A stretch of 64,000 nt of DNA. It comes from Cyanophora paradoxa CCMP329. Taxonomy: Eukaryota > Plantae > Glaucophyta. Positions 12,115 to 25,400 of the stretch are shown here, one piece after another. Location of the stretch: the NCBI GenBank assembly GCA_004431415.1, contig QPMI01000039.1:186001-250000 (forward strand), given 5' to 3'. The position numbers and the translations under genes were made by a program. The notes below the pieces were generated by a model. The model was not told where the DNA came from, searched no databases, and was given only the letters and a program-made list of their open reading frames with translations. Position 1 is the stretch's first letter. Each line of letters opens with the position of its first letter.

Positions 12115-15100
12115 ATGTCCGACTTCGCGTCCCTGTTCGGCTCCGGGCCCACGGGGCTGACGAGCCAGCAGAGCGACAGTGGCCTGGGCGATGAGACGGT
12201 GCGCGCCACACAGCGTTCCCTTATCATGCGGATAGGCTGTTAGAGAATGCTCCCGCCCGCCGGAACCCTCCGGCGGCAGTCTCGCGGAGGTCGTTCAGTC
12301 TCCGAGTCGTCCGGCTTTCCCCCTAGATCGAGCCGCTCGCGCAAAGGCCACATCCGTCTTGTCTCTAATGCACTGCTGTGCAGAGCGGTGACGGCACCAG
12401 CACGTTCGATGATATCTTCAACACAGAAACATCCACGGTGTGTGCTTCGACCCGCTGGGGAGCTCCCTGTAATGCTGCAGAATGGCGTATAGCTCTAGAA
12501 ATGCATTTTCCGTCCCATGGGCGCACTCGAAAGAGATCGATAGACATGCTCGCGATGCGCATGTGCCCTCCCGCGCCTAGCTTCAAGCCTTCGACTGGTC
12601 CATTCAGCTTCAGGGCCCAGCCCCACGTTTCTCAGCATGTCAGAGATCCCTTGTCAGAGCCCCTAATGCTCTCATCCCGATCCCCTCGACATGATAGTCG
12701 CTGGTCTAATGTAACATCCGCGCGCGTACAGAACAATACGACGACAGACCCCGCCACGCCCGAGGATGGCCCCGCCACGACGACGACGGGCCCCACCACG
12801 CCCGAGGAGGACCCCGCCACGACGGAGACTGACCCCGTCACGACGACTGAGACCACCACGCCCGAGGAGGACCCCGCCACGACGGAGACTGACCCCGTCA
12901 CGACGACTGAGACCACCACGCCCGAGGACGACCCCGCCACGACGGAGACTGACCCCGTCACGACGACTGAGACCACCACGCCCGAGGAGGACCCCGCCAC
13001 GACGGAGACTGACCCCGCCACGACGACGGAGACCACCACGCCCGAGGACGACCCCGCCACGACGGAGACTGACCCCGCCACGACGACGGAGACCACCACG
13101 CCCGAGGACGACCCCGCCACGACGGAGACTGACCCCGTCACGACGACTGAGACCACCACGCCCGAGGAGGACCCCGCCACGACGGAGACTGACCCCGTCA
13201 CGACGACTGAGACCACCACGCCCGAGGAGGACCCCGCCACGACGGAGACTGACCCGTCACGACGACGGAGACCACCACGCCCGAGGACGACCCCGCCACG
13301 ACGGAGACTGACCCCGTCACGACGACTGAGACCACCACGCCCGAGGAGGACCCCGCCACGACGGAGACTGACCCCGTCACGACGACTGAGACCACCACGC
13401 CCGAGGAGGACCCCGCCACGACGGAGACTGACCCCGTCACGACGACTGAGACCACCACGCCCGAGGAGGACCCCGCCACGACGGAGACTGACCCCGTCAC
13501 GACGACGGAGACCACCACGCCCGAGGACGACCCCGCCACGACGGAGACTGACCCCGTCACGACGACTGAGACCACCACGCCCGAGGAGGACCCCGCCACG
13601 ACGGAGACTGACCCCGCCACGACGACTGAGGTCACCACGCCCGAGGAGGACCCCGCCACGACGGAGACTGACCCCGTCACGACGACTGAGACCACCACGC
13701 CCGAGGAGGACCCCGCCACGACGGAGACTGACCCCGTCACGACGACTGAGACCACCACGCCCGAGGACGACCCGCCACGACGGAGACTGACCCCGTCACG
13801 ACGACTGAGACCACCACGCCCGAGGACGACCCCGCCACGACGGAGACTGACCCCGCCACGACGACTGAGGTCACCACGCCCGAGGAGGACCCCGCCACGA
13901 CGGAGACTGACCCCGTCACGACGACTGAGACCACCACGCCCGAGGAGGACCCCGCCACGACGGAGACTGACCCCTTCACGACGACTGAGACCACCACGCC
14001 CGAGGACGACCCCGCCACTACGGAGACTGACCCCGTCACGACGACTGAGGTCACCACGCCCGAGGAGGACCCCGCCACGACGGAGACTGACCCCGTCACG
14101 ACGACGGAGACCACCACGCCCGAGGACGACCCCGCCACGACGGAGACTGACCCCGTCACGACGACTGAGACCACCACGCCCGAGGAGGACCCCGCCACGA
14201 CGGAGACTGACCCCGCCACGACGACTGAGGTCACCACGCCCGAGGAGGACCCCGCCACGACGGAGACTGACCCCGTCACGACGACTGAGACCACCACGCC
14301 CGAGGAGGACCCCGCCACGACGGAGACTGACCCCGTCACGACGACTGAGACCACCACGCCCGAGGACGACCCCGCCACGACGGAGACTGACCCCGTCACG
14401 ACGACTGAGACCACCACGCCCGAGGACGACCCCGCCACGACGGAGACTGACCCCGCCACGACGACTGAGGTCACCACGCCCGAGGAGGACCCCGCCACGA
14501 CGGAGACTGACCCCGTCACGACGACTGAGACCACCACGCCCGAGGAGGACCCCGCCACGACGGAGACTGACCCCTTCACGACGACTGAGACCACCACGCC
14601 CGAGGACGACCCCGCCACTACGGAGACTGACCCCGTCACGACGACTGAGGTCACCACGCCCGAGGAGGACCCCGCCACGACGGAGACTGACCCCGCCACG
14701 ACGACGGAGACCACCACGCCGCCGGTGCGCTCTCGCGCTCTCAGCGGAATTTCCTTGGTTTAGATTTCCCCTCTGAATTCGTTTACTTCAGGAGGACGAC
14801 GACGTGGTTGTCGATGGAACCGATGTGGACCTTGTTGACCCGTATGCGAACGACGACGAGGTACTCGCTCTTGTCCCTTTTTGCTGTACCCCATTCTGAT
14901 CTGCATCGCTGAAGGTTGATGAAACCGACGTTGACGGCACGGGCGGCGACGAGGTCGATGCCAGCGGCGCGGGCGGCGACGACGAAGTCGATGCCTACGG
15001 CGCGGGCGGCGACGACGAGGTCGATGCGGACGGCTCGGGCGGCGACGACGAGGTCGATGCGGACGGCTCGGGCGGCGACGAGGTGGACGCCAGCGGCGCG

Positions 15101-15999
15101 GGCGGCGATGACGAGTTCGATGCCAGCGGCGCGGGCGGCGACGACGAGGCCGATGCCAGCGGCGCGGGCGGCGACGACGAGGTCGATGCCAGCGGCGCGG
15201 GCGACGACGAGGTCGATGCCAGCGGCGCGGGCGGCGACGAGGTCGATGCCGACGGCGCGGGCGGCGATGAGGTCGATGCCAGCGGCGCGGGCGGCGACGA
15301 GGTGGACGCCAGCGGCACGGGTGATGATGCAATCGACTATGCTCTGGCCGAACTTCTCGTACGCCTGCTCCCCTTTCCCCCCCCCCCCCCCCCCCCGCCT
15401 CACCAATAGAGAAAGAGTCCACGCTGATCTCGTCGCGATGCTCAGAAATACCCCAACGACATCGACAACCTCAGCCTGATGGAGGCCATTTTCGACTACT
15501 CCCTCAACCACACGGCGTTCAACCAGAAGCACCCGCTCCTCGGGTCCGCGGCGCCGCCCTCGCACACGCCCGACTCTGCTGACGCCCCTCGCTCCAGGCT
15601 CTTCATGCGGAACCTGGACTACGACGTCCGGACGGCCTCGACGATCGACGACCTGGCGAGGGAGAAGCACTCCATCTTCACGACGCTCAAGGAGATCGGG
15701 ATGACCAAAGAGATGCTCGTCCTGCAGCTTTACGTGCGCGGGCCGGGGACCCCCCCTCGATTCCCCCGCCGTCGCCGTCGCCGACCGTGCCGCAGGCGTA
15801 CCCGGACGAGCCGACGGACGAGCAGTTCCTGCAGGCGGACGCGGCCCACGACGACGCGGCGCAGACGGGCGAGGCCGCGACCATCGAGACGGTGGAGGAG
15901 GTGTACTACGCCGAGGTGCCCGACCTGAGCGACGAGCAGCTCATCGACGCGGCCGCCGAGTGCCCCGCGGCGGCGGAGCACGTGGCCGAGGCCTTCTGA
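12115..15999 (+). CDS. Acidic T/E/D/P tandem-repeat protein with a C-terminal domain paralogous to the 8509-11530 gene; start uncertain
   Basis: Likely start MSDFASLFGSG. ~32 copies of TTPEEDPATTETDPVTTTET, then DEVDASGAGG repeats, then KYPNDIDNLSLMEAIFDY...KHPLLGLFMRNLDYDVRTASTIDDL; ends HVAEAF*. Two single-C losses in the array (~13253, ~13771) break the frame and look like homopolymer errors. Confidence 0.65.
12794..14720 (+). repeat. 60-bp coding minisatellite, ~32 copies
   Basis: Unit accaccacgcccgagga(g/c)gaccccgccacgacggagactgacccc(g/t)(t/c)cacgacgac(t/g)gag is visible line after line. Confidence 0.97.
14925..15330 (+). repeat. 30/33-bp coding repeat (D)DEVDASGAGG, ~12 copies
   Basis: gacgaggtcgatgccagcggcgcgggcggc recurs. 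Confidence 0.9.
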
Positions 16000-16453
16000 T
16001 CCTATTAGCAGCGCATTATTTCGGCCGCGTTTCTCCTTCGCTCGTTTATTCTAGTCTAGGAGGTTCTATTCGGGTTACTTGCATAGTGTGTATGTAGATC
16101 TGTAGAAGCATGCTTGAATCTGAATTCGAGAGCAGACAGTGCTTTTTAACCTGCCTGCAATTGCTGAATGCTCATGATAATTGCAAATTGCTGCATGCGC
16201 ATGCGGAGGGCAAGCTCAAGCCTAGCTAGCGCTTAGGCGATTGCATGCAAGCACAACGTTAACGTCCGCAAGCACGTTACTTACGCATACAGATTAACAT
16301 GGATCGACATGGATGAAAAACGCAATTGCAATAAGCTTAGAAAGTTGCACTGCACTCATAGCTGATATCAAGAGCCGCTGAGCCCACTGACGGGCTCAAG
16401 CTTGCCGTGGGCGAAGTTGCCTTCAAGGCTTGGCCCGGCTGCGCGATTCACGA

Positions 16454-19400
16454 TCACCTGGGCCGGCCGTCGAAGCCCTCCGGGTAGAACTCGGGCTCGG
16501 CGGGGAGGGGCGGCGCGACGGGCTTGACGGGGATGGCGGGGGCGGCCTGCGCCCCCGGCTGCGCCTTCTGCTCCGCGGGGACGGCGTAGAGGCAGTCCAG
16601 CCCCACGAGGTCGGGGCTCGGCGCCGAAATCTGTTCAATTTCCGGCGCCTGAGCCGAGCTAGCTCGCCGCGGCCGCGGCGAGGGCGGCGGCGGCGCACGT
16701 CGAAGCAGACGAAGAAGTAGTGGAACCAGAGGGAGCGCTTCTCGTCGGCCGTGAAGCCCGTGTTGCCGCGCGAGATGACGATCTGTGGCGGCGGGCGGGC
16801 GCGATCGCGATCGCGACGTCAGCGGCGCGCGGCCGCGCCGGCCGTGGCCGCCCGCGCCCCACGCACGTCGACGGAGGCCTCGCCCTTGGGCGGGACGACG
16901 CCGGCGGCGGCCGTCACCGAGACCGTGATCGCGACCTGCGCGGCCCTCAGCGCGCCGACCGACAGAGCTCGACGGAGCCGACCGCGCCGCGCCGCGACCG
17001 CGCCGCGCACCCGGGAGGCGACCTGGGCGTGGAAGGGGCTGGAGAGGTCGATGACGGAGCCCGAGTAGGCGTCCAGCACGCCCCGCAGCGTCGACGTCAC
17101 GTTCCACGCGATCTCCTGCCCGAGCGGTCCGGAATTGTTCGTGAGCCCGGCCCGCTGCAAGCTTTAGAGCGCGGCCCTCGCTCGCACTTGCTTCTCGTCG
17201 AGGTTCTTGATGGTCCGGGTGATGCGGGCCTGCTGGCCCGGCTGCAGCGTCCGCACGCGCGCCGCGTCCCCGGCGTCGTTGCCCGACTTGTACGACACTG
17301 CAGGCAGAGGCCCGCAGAATCAGACGGGCGCGCGGCGCGGCGCGGCGCGCGGACGGAGCCCGCCCCGCTCGCGATCGCGCGCGCACCCTCGCAGCGGGGG
17401 CCGGTGGGGAGCGGCGTGGGGCTCGGCGTGGGCGTCGGCGGCGTCGGCGTCGGGGTCGCCTTGGGCGTCGCCTTGGCCTTCGACGGCTTCGCGGCCCCGG
17501 TCTGCCGAGGCGCGCGCGCCTCAGCTCAGAGAAACAGACGGCGATTGCGAGGAAGATGACGGCGCTCGCTTGCCTTTGTAGGGGCCGGGGCCGGGGCCGC
17601 GGACCGAAGGCCCCGGCGGGCCCCGGTCTCCTAGAGGAGGGGGAGGCGCAAGAGGCCGTCCGGTCAGACCCCTCGAGCCAACGACGCGGGCCGCGGAGAG
17701 GCGCGCGGGGGCGGGCGCACCTCGACGACGAGGGTCGGCGTGTCGGCCTCGTCCACGGGCTCGCTCGCCACCGTCGCCTTGGTGACCTGGCGCGCGGGCC
17801 TCGATGTTGGCGCGCTTCCAACTTCGAAGTGAAGAAGGGAGGAGGGGGAGGGGAGGGGTGGAGGCGGCGGGAGGAGGGGAGGGGGGAGGGGGAGGGAGGA
17901 GGAGGGAGGCGGGGGAGGAGGGGGAAAGGGGGAAGGGAAGGGGGGGGGGGGGGGGGAGGGGGGGGGAGGCACCTTGGCGGGGTCCACGCAGTCGACGAAG
18001 AGAGACTCGGTGCGGTAGCCGAGCGCTGCGCCCTCTGTGAGATCGAAGCGGAGAAAGCTGTACGGTAAGGGACCGGGGCCGGGGGCACCGCTGGGGTCCG
18101 GTAGGTACGGCTTCGTGGCGCCGCCGGGGCGCCCGAAGTTCGTGGAGACGCCGGGGCGCCCGAACGGCGAGCTGCCGGGTCCGCGCAGCGTGAGGGGCGC
18201 GCCGGCCGGGCGCTTTGCGTGCAGGAGAGGACGGGGCGGACGGACCGGGCGACGGCGGGGGCCTCGAGCGAGAAGGCGGCCGTAGCGGTCGCGGCCTGCG
18301 AGCCGGCCGGCGCCTGCGGACAGGTTCAAGGGCGGCTCGCTCGCTTCGATTCGCGCTCGGGCCGCCGAGGGCGCGACGCGAGGCGCGCGGAAAGAGACAA
18401 CGCACGCCGCCCTCGAACATGAGCTGGAGGGTGACCTGCGCAAGACCCGACACGCAGCTGCGCGCGCGAGGCGCAGCGTCAGGCTACGTGTACAGGCTAT
18501 GCTGTGCACGGCGTCATTCAGTGGCGCGGGGCGCGCGCACCGGAAGGGGAGGTCGGTGACCGACTCGGGCTCGATGGCGCCGCTGGTGGAGCCGAGGAGG
18601 AGGCCCCGCAGGCTCTGTGCCGCCCGTGAGGCGCGGGCCGGGCGAGGCCTGGCGGGGCGGAGGTGGTCGGACCTGGCCGAGGAAGGGGGCGGGGACCATG
18701 CGCCACGTCCACGTTGCGTTGTCGAGGTTCACCACCACAGTCTCCTGCGCGGGCGTCAGAGCAAACACGCTCGCGCCGGCTCTTAAGAAGCGCGTCGCGC
18801 TCGCCTGGGGCTTGGGGAAGGTGTAGAAATCGGGCTCAACGTAGATGGGCGCTGCGAGCGGTGCGAGTCGGCGCGGCGCGGCGGAGCGGAGCGGATCGAG
18901 ATCGCTGGAGGCCGCCCGCTCGCTCACTGGGGTCCACGTAGAGGGAGACGGGCAGGGAGACCTGCTCCGAGCGAGGGCGAAGACGAGTTAGATCGGGTCC
19001 GACAAGTTAGATCAGATGGGGCCGGGCGGGCCTTGGGGTGCGCGGGGTCCGACGTCTCGAAGATGACGCGCACGCCGACGCTCTGCGACTTGTCCTCCTC
19101 CTGCGCCCGACGGAAATTCGAAGGAAATTCGAAGGCGCGGGCGGCAAAGGCGGCGGGACGCGCCAGGCTGGTCGAGTCGAGGGCGATCTCGATCTCCTTC
19201 GAGGCCGAGGGCTCGAGCGTGCCCGCGTGGTCGCCGGCGAGGCGGAGCCAGCGGATGCCGCCCCAGTAGCGGTGCGGCCCGAACGTCGCCGTCCTGGCGA
19301 TCGCGACGCGCTGTCAGAAGGCTTCGACATATGCAAGAGCCGAGATCGGGCGCATGTAAGGCTGTCAGAAGGCTTCGACATATGAAGGCTTCGACATATG

Positions 19401-22400
19401 TATTCGACAAGGCTTCGTTGGACGACTCTGACAGAGTCGGACGGCGTCGTCCGCGCGCGCACCAGGTGAAGGAGGTGTTGGGGTTGAGGTTGATGAGCTG
19501 GACCTTGGCCGTCGCCTCCTGCATGCGGTGCAGGCCGACCACCAGGCGCCCCGCCGCCGCCGCCGACGACGCCGCCGCGTTCGCCGCCCGCGAGGGCGTC
19601 GTGACCTTCGCAGGGAAGAATGGGAAACCGGGGAGGGGATGCGAGGAGGGATGCCGGCGCGGACCTCGCCGATGCGGATGGCGACGCCGGGGGGCTCCGG
19701 GATGTGGATGTCGAAGCACTCGAACTGCACAAACATCACTCAGACGCAGCAGACGCGGGAGGGCGGGTCGGGCGAGGGCGGGTCCGGCGGGGGCGGGCCT
19801 TCTTGATGGCGGGGTCGTTGCCGTCGAGGGTGACGCAGGCGAGGAGCTCCGTCCCCGCGCCGTACGCCGTCGCGTTGATGCGGATCTTGATCGTCTGCTT
19901 CTTCTTCGAGGTGATCGTGCCCTGCATAGCGGATCGAACTTAAGCTTCAACACTGAGGGATCGAACTAGGCTATCCAATAGATCAAGGAGAAGATAATCA
20001 TCGACATTAAGAGATCATGGAGAGAATACAGGTCGAGCGCACCGACGTTAGGTCGATGTACTCGACGACCTTGTCGGCGGGCGGGTCCCGCTTGTCCGTC
20101 AGCCCGACCTTGTCGGCCCAGGGCGTCGCCAGGCGCGGCTTGTTCGACGTCACTTGCAGCTGCGGGGCGGGGCGGGGCAGACGGCGGCGGGCGGGGCGCT
20201 CAGAAATCAAAGGACCCGATGCAAACAGCAGAGGCCAGGGCATATGCATATGTACCGTGTCGGGGTAGGCCTTCCACCAAATCGAGTGCTGGAAACGTTC
20301 GAATCAGTCGAAGAGCTCGAGGAAAATCGCGATCAATATCGAGCGCCACAGCGCACCTCCTCGTTGTTGATGATCGTCTTGGTGATGACCACCTGCGGGT
20401 CGGGGCGGGGCGGCGTCAACGGAACGAAGAGAGGAAGCGCGCAGGGCTCCGCGGGCCTCCTCGCCGATGGGCACGACGAGCGACGCGCCGCCGACGATGT
20501 CGATGAGCTTGTTGTCTGCGCCCCGGTAGTTGACCTGGTCGCGGGTGGCACTCTTAAGCTTAAGAGCGCGCGGCGATCGCGAGGCGACGTCGAGGCGGAG
20601 GGAGGGGCCGGCGGGCCTTGACGGCGGACTTGCGCTGGTCGGACTTGGACGGGAACCAGCTTTCCTCGTCAGCTTTGTCCCGCTCTACCGGCGTCGCGAC
20701 CTGCCGAGCCCGCACTAAGAAAACCAGCGGCACAAGACAAGCAGCTAGCGCTGTGAAAAGCAAGCGGGCAGGCCTGGGAGAAGTGGATGTTGAAGGGGAT
20801 GGCGGGGTTGTGCGGGTCCGTCGTGACGAAGGAGAAGCGGGGGCGCAGGAAGGCCCCCACGTTGCCCTTCTGGCGCCTGCCCAGCCCGCGCGCGCGCTGT
20901 CGGCCACAAAGCCGTGCGCACGCGGAACGATACGAAAGGGAGCGCACGTGAGCGACTCGGCGGCGTGGGGGACCTGGGGTCGAATGTAAGACAGGAAATC
21001 GGAGGAAATCGGTGGGAAATCAGAGATCTAGAGCGAGGACGGACCATCTGGAAGCGGACGGCGCGGGTGCCGAAGGGCTCGAGCTCGCCCGCGAGCGCCT
21101 CGAAGACGATCAAATTCACCGACCGCTGCGTCACCCTGGAGCAGCCGAGGCGTCACAGGCGTCACAGAAAGAAAGAGAGGGGGTGCGCGCGCGCCCTTCC
21201 ATGTTCTTCATGGGGGGGCCGAGGTCTGGGATCGCCGCGATGGTCCACGAGAAGGGGCGCGAGGCTGACGGGCGACGCCGGCGGACGGACGAAGCGAAGT
21301 TAAGAATTCGAAGTGAAGAATTCGAAGGGAGGGGCGGGGGCACCGGTGTTGGTGATGATGATCTGCTCGGCGGCGGTGTCCACGAAGGCGTTCGCCACGC
21401 TCATGCCCACCGGGTTCTGCCAAGTAAATCAAAGTTGAAGTCAGGCAGGCAGAGCAGACCGAGCGCGAAGGGCGGGATGGAGGGCCGCCCGCGGGACACG
21501 CACCAGCTCGAGGAACCAGTGGCGGTAGCCGCGGAGGCCCGGGTCGTTACTAGAGATCAGATCAAATCAGAGGCAGGACGGGCAAAGGAGGAGGAGGAGG
21601 ACGGAGGAGACGCGCCTGTTGACGAAGTACCAGGAGCAGAGGTTCGGGAAGCGGCCCGAGCCGAACGAGAGCGCCGGCGGCTCGCCGTCCTCGTCAAAGT
21701 CCGAACCGTAGAAGTCCTCCTCCTAATCAAACGTAAACAGAAGTGAGAAGAAGCTCAACTGCACTCTATCAGCCAAGTCTCAGATGTAAGAAGAAGCTCC
21801 ATAGAACTTCATGTTGCATGCAAGCACACATATGATAGGTAAGAAGAAGCTCTATAGAACTCTATAGAACTCTATAGGTGAGAAGGAGCTCTACAGAGGC
21901 ATAAGATAGGAAGAAGCTCTAGAGAACTCTGTCAAATAAGCCTATCAGGGACCTCGTCGAAGTACTCGTCGTCGTAGATGCCGCTGGCGTTGAAGCGGAG
22001 GGTGACCGTCGCCTCCTCGCCGGCCTTGAGCGAACCCGAGGTCGGCTCCATGGCGAAGCACGGCTGGCCCCCGATCTGCCGCGGCTGCACCACCGGCGTC
22101 GCCTCCCACCTAAGCTCTCTCTCTCTCAGCTTTAGCTTGAGATTTCGTTCGATGTAGGCACCAGATCTCGTCCTTGCCGTTGTTCTTGAGGAACTCCTTG
22201 ACGACCTTCGACTGGCCGTAGTCCATACGCGCCTTGCAGAGCTCCCACCTGGCGCGCCGTTGAGAGGAGGCAGGGAGAAAGGCGCCCGGGCCGAAAGAGC
22301 GCACCGGGCGCGCATGGCGCCGTCCGAGTCCTGGTACGAATCTGCGCGGGGGCATTTCTCAGAGGGGGGGGAGAAGCGAAGGAAGGGGGTACCGGAGATG

Positions 22401-25400
22401 AAGCTGTCCTCGGCGAGCTTCGCCGCGCTTGCGGGCTGGGCCGTGCTGGCCACGGCGGTCGTCGCCGCAGCCGCCGCGGAGCCGGAGCCGGCGGGGGCGG
22501 GGCGGCCGGGGAAGGGCAGGGCGGAGCCGGAGGAGCCCGGGGGCAGCTTGGGCTTCAGGTAGTTCGCGAAGTTGTTGGCGACGCGGAGGTCCGCCACCAC
22601 GACGCAGCCGACCGAAAACTGCGCGCCGCGGCGCTCGGGCCGGGCCGGGCGGGGAGGGAGGGTGTGCGGGGCCGGGGAGGGATGGGGCGGGGTACCGTGA
22701 TCTCGGGGGCCAGCGTGTTGTTGAGCTCCAGCTTCAGGTTCGCGCGGCACTTGCCTGCGGGCGGAGGGCCGGGCTCGACTCGGGGCGCCGCCGCGCCGCG
22801 CCGCGCCGCGCGGGCGGGCGGGCGGACCGAAGCAGCCCTCCTGGGGCCAGGCGCTTATCCATATGTCCTGCCTCGACCTGTGGGGGTACCGGCGCGATCG
22901 GCGACGGGGGTACACGCCACGGCGCTCGGGCCCGCGCACCCGGCGGGGACGACACCCTCGTACGCGTCGGCCTCAAGCCAGTCTGAGATGGGGGGAGGGT
23001 ACGTCAGGGGTACACGAAAGGGTAACTGGGGCAAGGGGGTACCCATGCACTGCTGGCCACTGTCGTCGGGTAGCACGTAGAGGCGCCACGAGTACCAGTT
23101 CGTGTCCGTGTTCGTCTGCGTCGCAGCGGGGTACGGGGTAAGCGGTAAGCGCATTTAGATCGGACGGGAAGGGGGTACGCGGCGCACGAGGGAAACGTTC
23201 GCCTGGTTGCGGTTGTCGACCGTGACGAACCTGCGCGGGCGGCGCTCGGGATCCGGGCAGGGCGAGGGATCGAATGCCGCCGGGGAGGTTTCGTCGCGCA
23301 CCACTGCCCCATTGCGTTCGCGCCCTGCAGCTGCACGCCGTACTCCCGCGACCAGAGGTCCCCTGCCCGCCCATCCGTCAGATCCGAAGCTCGCCGCACG
23401 TACCCCCTATCCATGCCCCCCCCCCCCCCCCCCCCCGGCCCCCCCTCTCCAGCGCTCACCGGCGGAGCGGACGATGCGGACGCGGTACGAGTCGTGGTCG
23501 CTCAGGACGGGATCGTTCGCCTCAGTGTAGGTCCCCACCTGCGCGCGCGCCGGCGTTAAGCTGTAGTCGACTCTATAGTAAGCTATCTGCCGGGATGCGA
23601 ACCGTGAAGGTCTCGGGCCACTCGTGGGACATGAGGTTCCCGTTGAAGATCATGGCTGGGGGGAGGGGGGTACCAGCGTCAGCGCGGCGAGAAGGGAGTG
23701 GGTCAGGGGTACGCACTGATCTCCTCGCAGAGACCCGGCCTGGAGAGGGAGGGGGGGATGGATCACAGGGGAAAGAGATGAGGGTGGCATGGGGGGTACG
23801 CATGCGCACCGGACGCGGCCCTCCCACGGGCTCTGAGAGTAGATCGAGGCGAGCTCTGGGGGTACCGCGCGCATGAGCGAGCGGGGCGCGGCGGGGCCCG
23901 CGCGGCGCGCGGGGGCGCACCGCGCTGCTCGCGGGACCCCGAGAGCGTGGTCCTGAACCATATCACCTGCTTCCCGCAGTTGCAGATCGACTTGTCGTAG
24001 CGCTTGACCTGCGGGCGGGTGCAAGTGAGCGGCCGCGGCTTGCGCGGCCCGCGGGGCGGGGCCCGGTGCACCTCGCCGGGCTTCAGGTCGAACCCGCGGA
24101 GCGAGGGCATCCACTTCCCCTTCTCGTCGCGCACATCTGCGGCAAGCCGGCGGGCGGCGCGGCTCAGTGGCTCGCTCGCTCAGCTGAAAACGGCGCGGCA
24201 CGCCGGGTGCGCACCGATCAGCACCTGTGGATGGCCGAATCAGTGGCGCCGGGCGCGAGCGGGGCGGCGCGGCGCGGCGACGGGGGCGCACGCTCAGTGG
24301 CGCCGGGCGCGAGCGGGGCGGCGAGGGTGACCTGCGCAAGACCCGACACGCAGCTGCGCGCGCGAGGCGCAGCGTCAGGCTACGTGTACAGGCTATGCTG
24401 TGCACGGCGTCATTCAGTGGCGCGGGGCGCGCGCACCGGAAGGGGAGGTCGGTGACCGACTCGGGCTCGATGGCGCCGCTGGTGGAGCCGAGGAGGAGGC
24501 CCCGCAGGCTCTGTGCCGCCCGTGAGGCGCGGGCCGGGCGAGGCCTGGCGGGGCGGAGGTGGTCGGACCTGGCCGAGGAAGGGGCGGGGACCATGCGCCA
24601 CGTCCACGTTGCGTTGTCGAGGTTCACCACCACAGTCTCCTGCGCGGGCGTCAGAGCAAACACGCTCGCGCCGGCTCTTAAGAAGCGCGTCGCGCTCGCC
24701 TGGGGCTTGGGGAAGGTGTAGAAATCGGGCTCAACGTAGATGGGCGCTGCGAGCGGTGCGAGTCGGCGCGGCGCGGCGGAGCGGAGCGGATCGAGATCGC
24801 TGGAGGCCGCCCGCTCGCTCACTGGGGTCCACGTAGAGGGAGACGGGCAGGGAGACCTGCTCCGAGCGAGGGCGAAGACGAGTTAGATCGGGTCCGACAA
24901 GTTAGATCAGATGGGGCCGGGCGGGCCTTGGGGTGCGCGGGGTCCGACGTCTCGAAGATGACGCGCACGCCGACGCTCTGCGACTTGTCCTCCTCCTGCG
25001 CCCGACGGAAATTCGAAGGAAATTCGAAGGCGCGGGCGGCAAAGGCGGCGGGGACGCGCCAGGCTGGTCGAGTCGAGGGCGATCTCGATCTCCTTCGAGG
25101 CCGAGGGCTCGAGCGTGCCCGCGTGGTCGCCGGCGAGGCGGAGCCAGCGGATGCCGCCCCAGTAGCGGTGCGGCCCGAACGTCGCCGTCCTGGCGATCGC
25201 GACGCGCTGTCAGAAGGCTTCGACATATGCAAGAGCCGAGATCGGGCGCATGTAAGGCTGTCAGAAGGCTTCGACATATGAAGGCTTCGACATATGTATT
25301 CGACAAGGCTTCGTTGGACGACTCTGACAGAGTCGGACGGCGTCGTCCGCGCGCGCACCAGGTGAAGGAGGTGTTGGGGTTGAGGTTGATGAGCTGGACC

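Larger units (their letters stand above)
18427..24294 (+). repeat. Copy 1 of a ~5.87-kb direct tandem duplication
   Basis: Starts gagggtgacctgcgcaag and ends gggggcgcacgct. Matches 24323-30200; the ORF track repeats at ~5.9-kb offset. Confidence 0.97.

Noticed and set aside
13250-13775. Frameshifts (also ~2720, 30786, ~50010) as programmed recoding or pseudogenisation
   Set aside because: All are single-base indels in or next to G/C runs, the same class that distinguishes the two 5.9-kb copies. Long-read consensus error is more likely.
12794-14720. 60-bp array as a CRISPR array
   Set aside because: No unique spacers, unit length is a multiple of 3 and in a coding frame, eukaryotic context, no cas genes.
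16130-16420. Cluster of short palindromes and a small gagccc/gggctc hairpin between convergent genes
   Set aside because: Stems are 6-8 bp and such motifs (ctag, gcatgc) are common across the window's UTRs.
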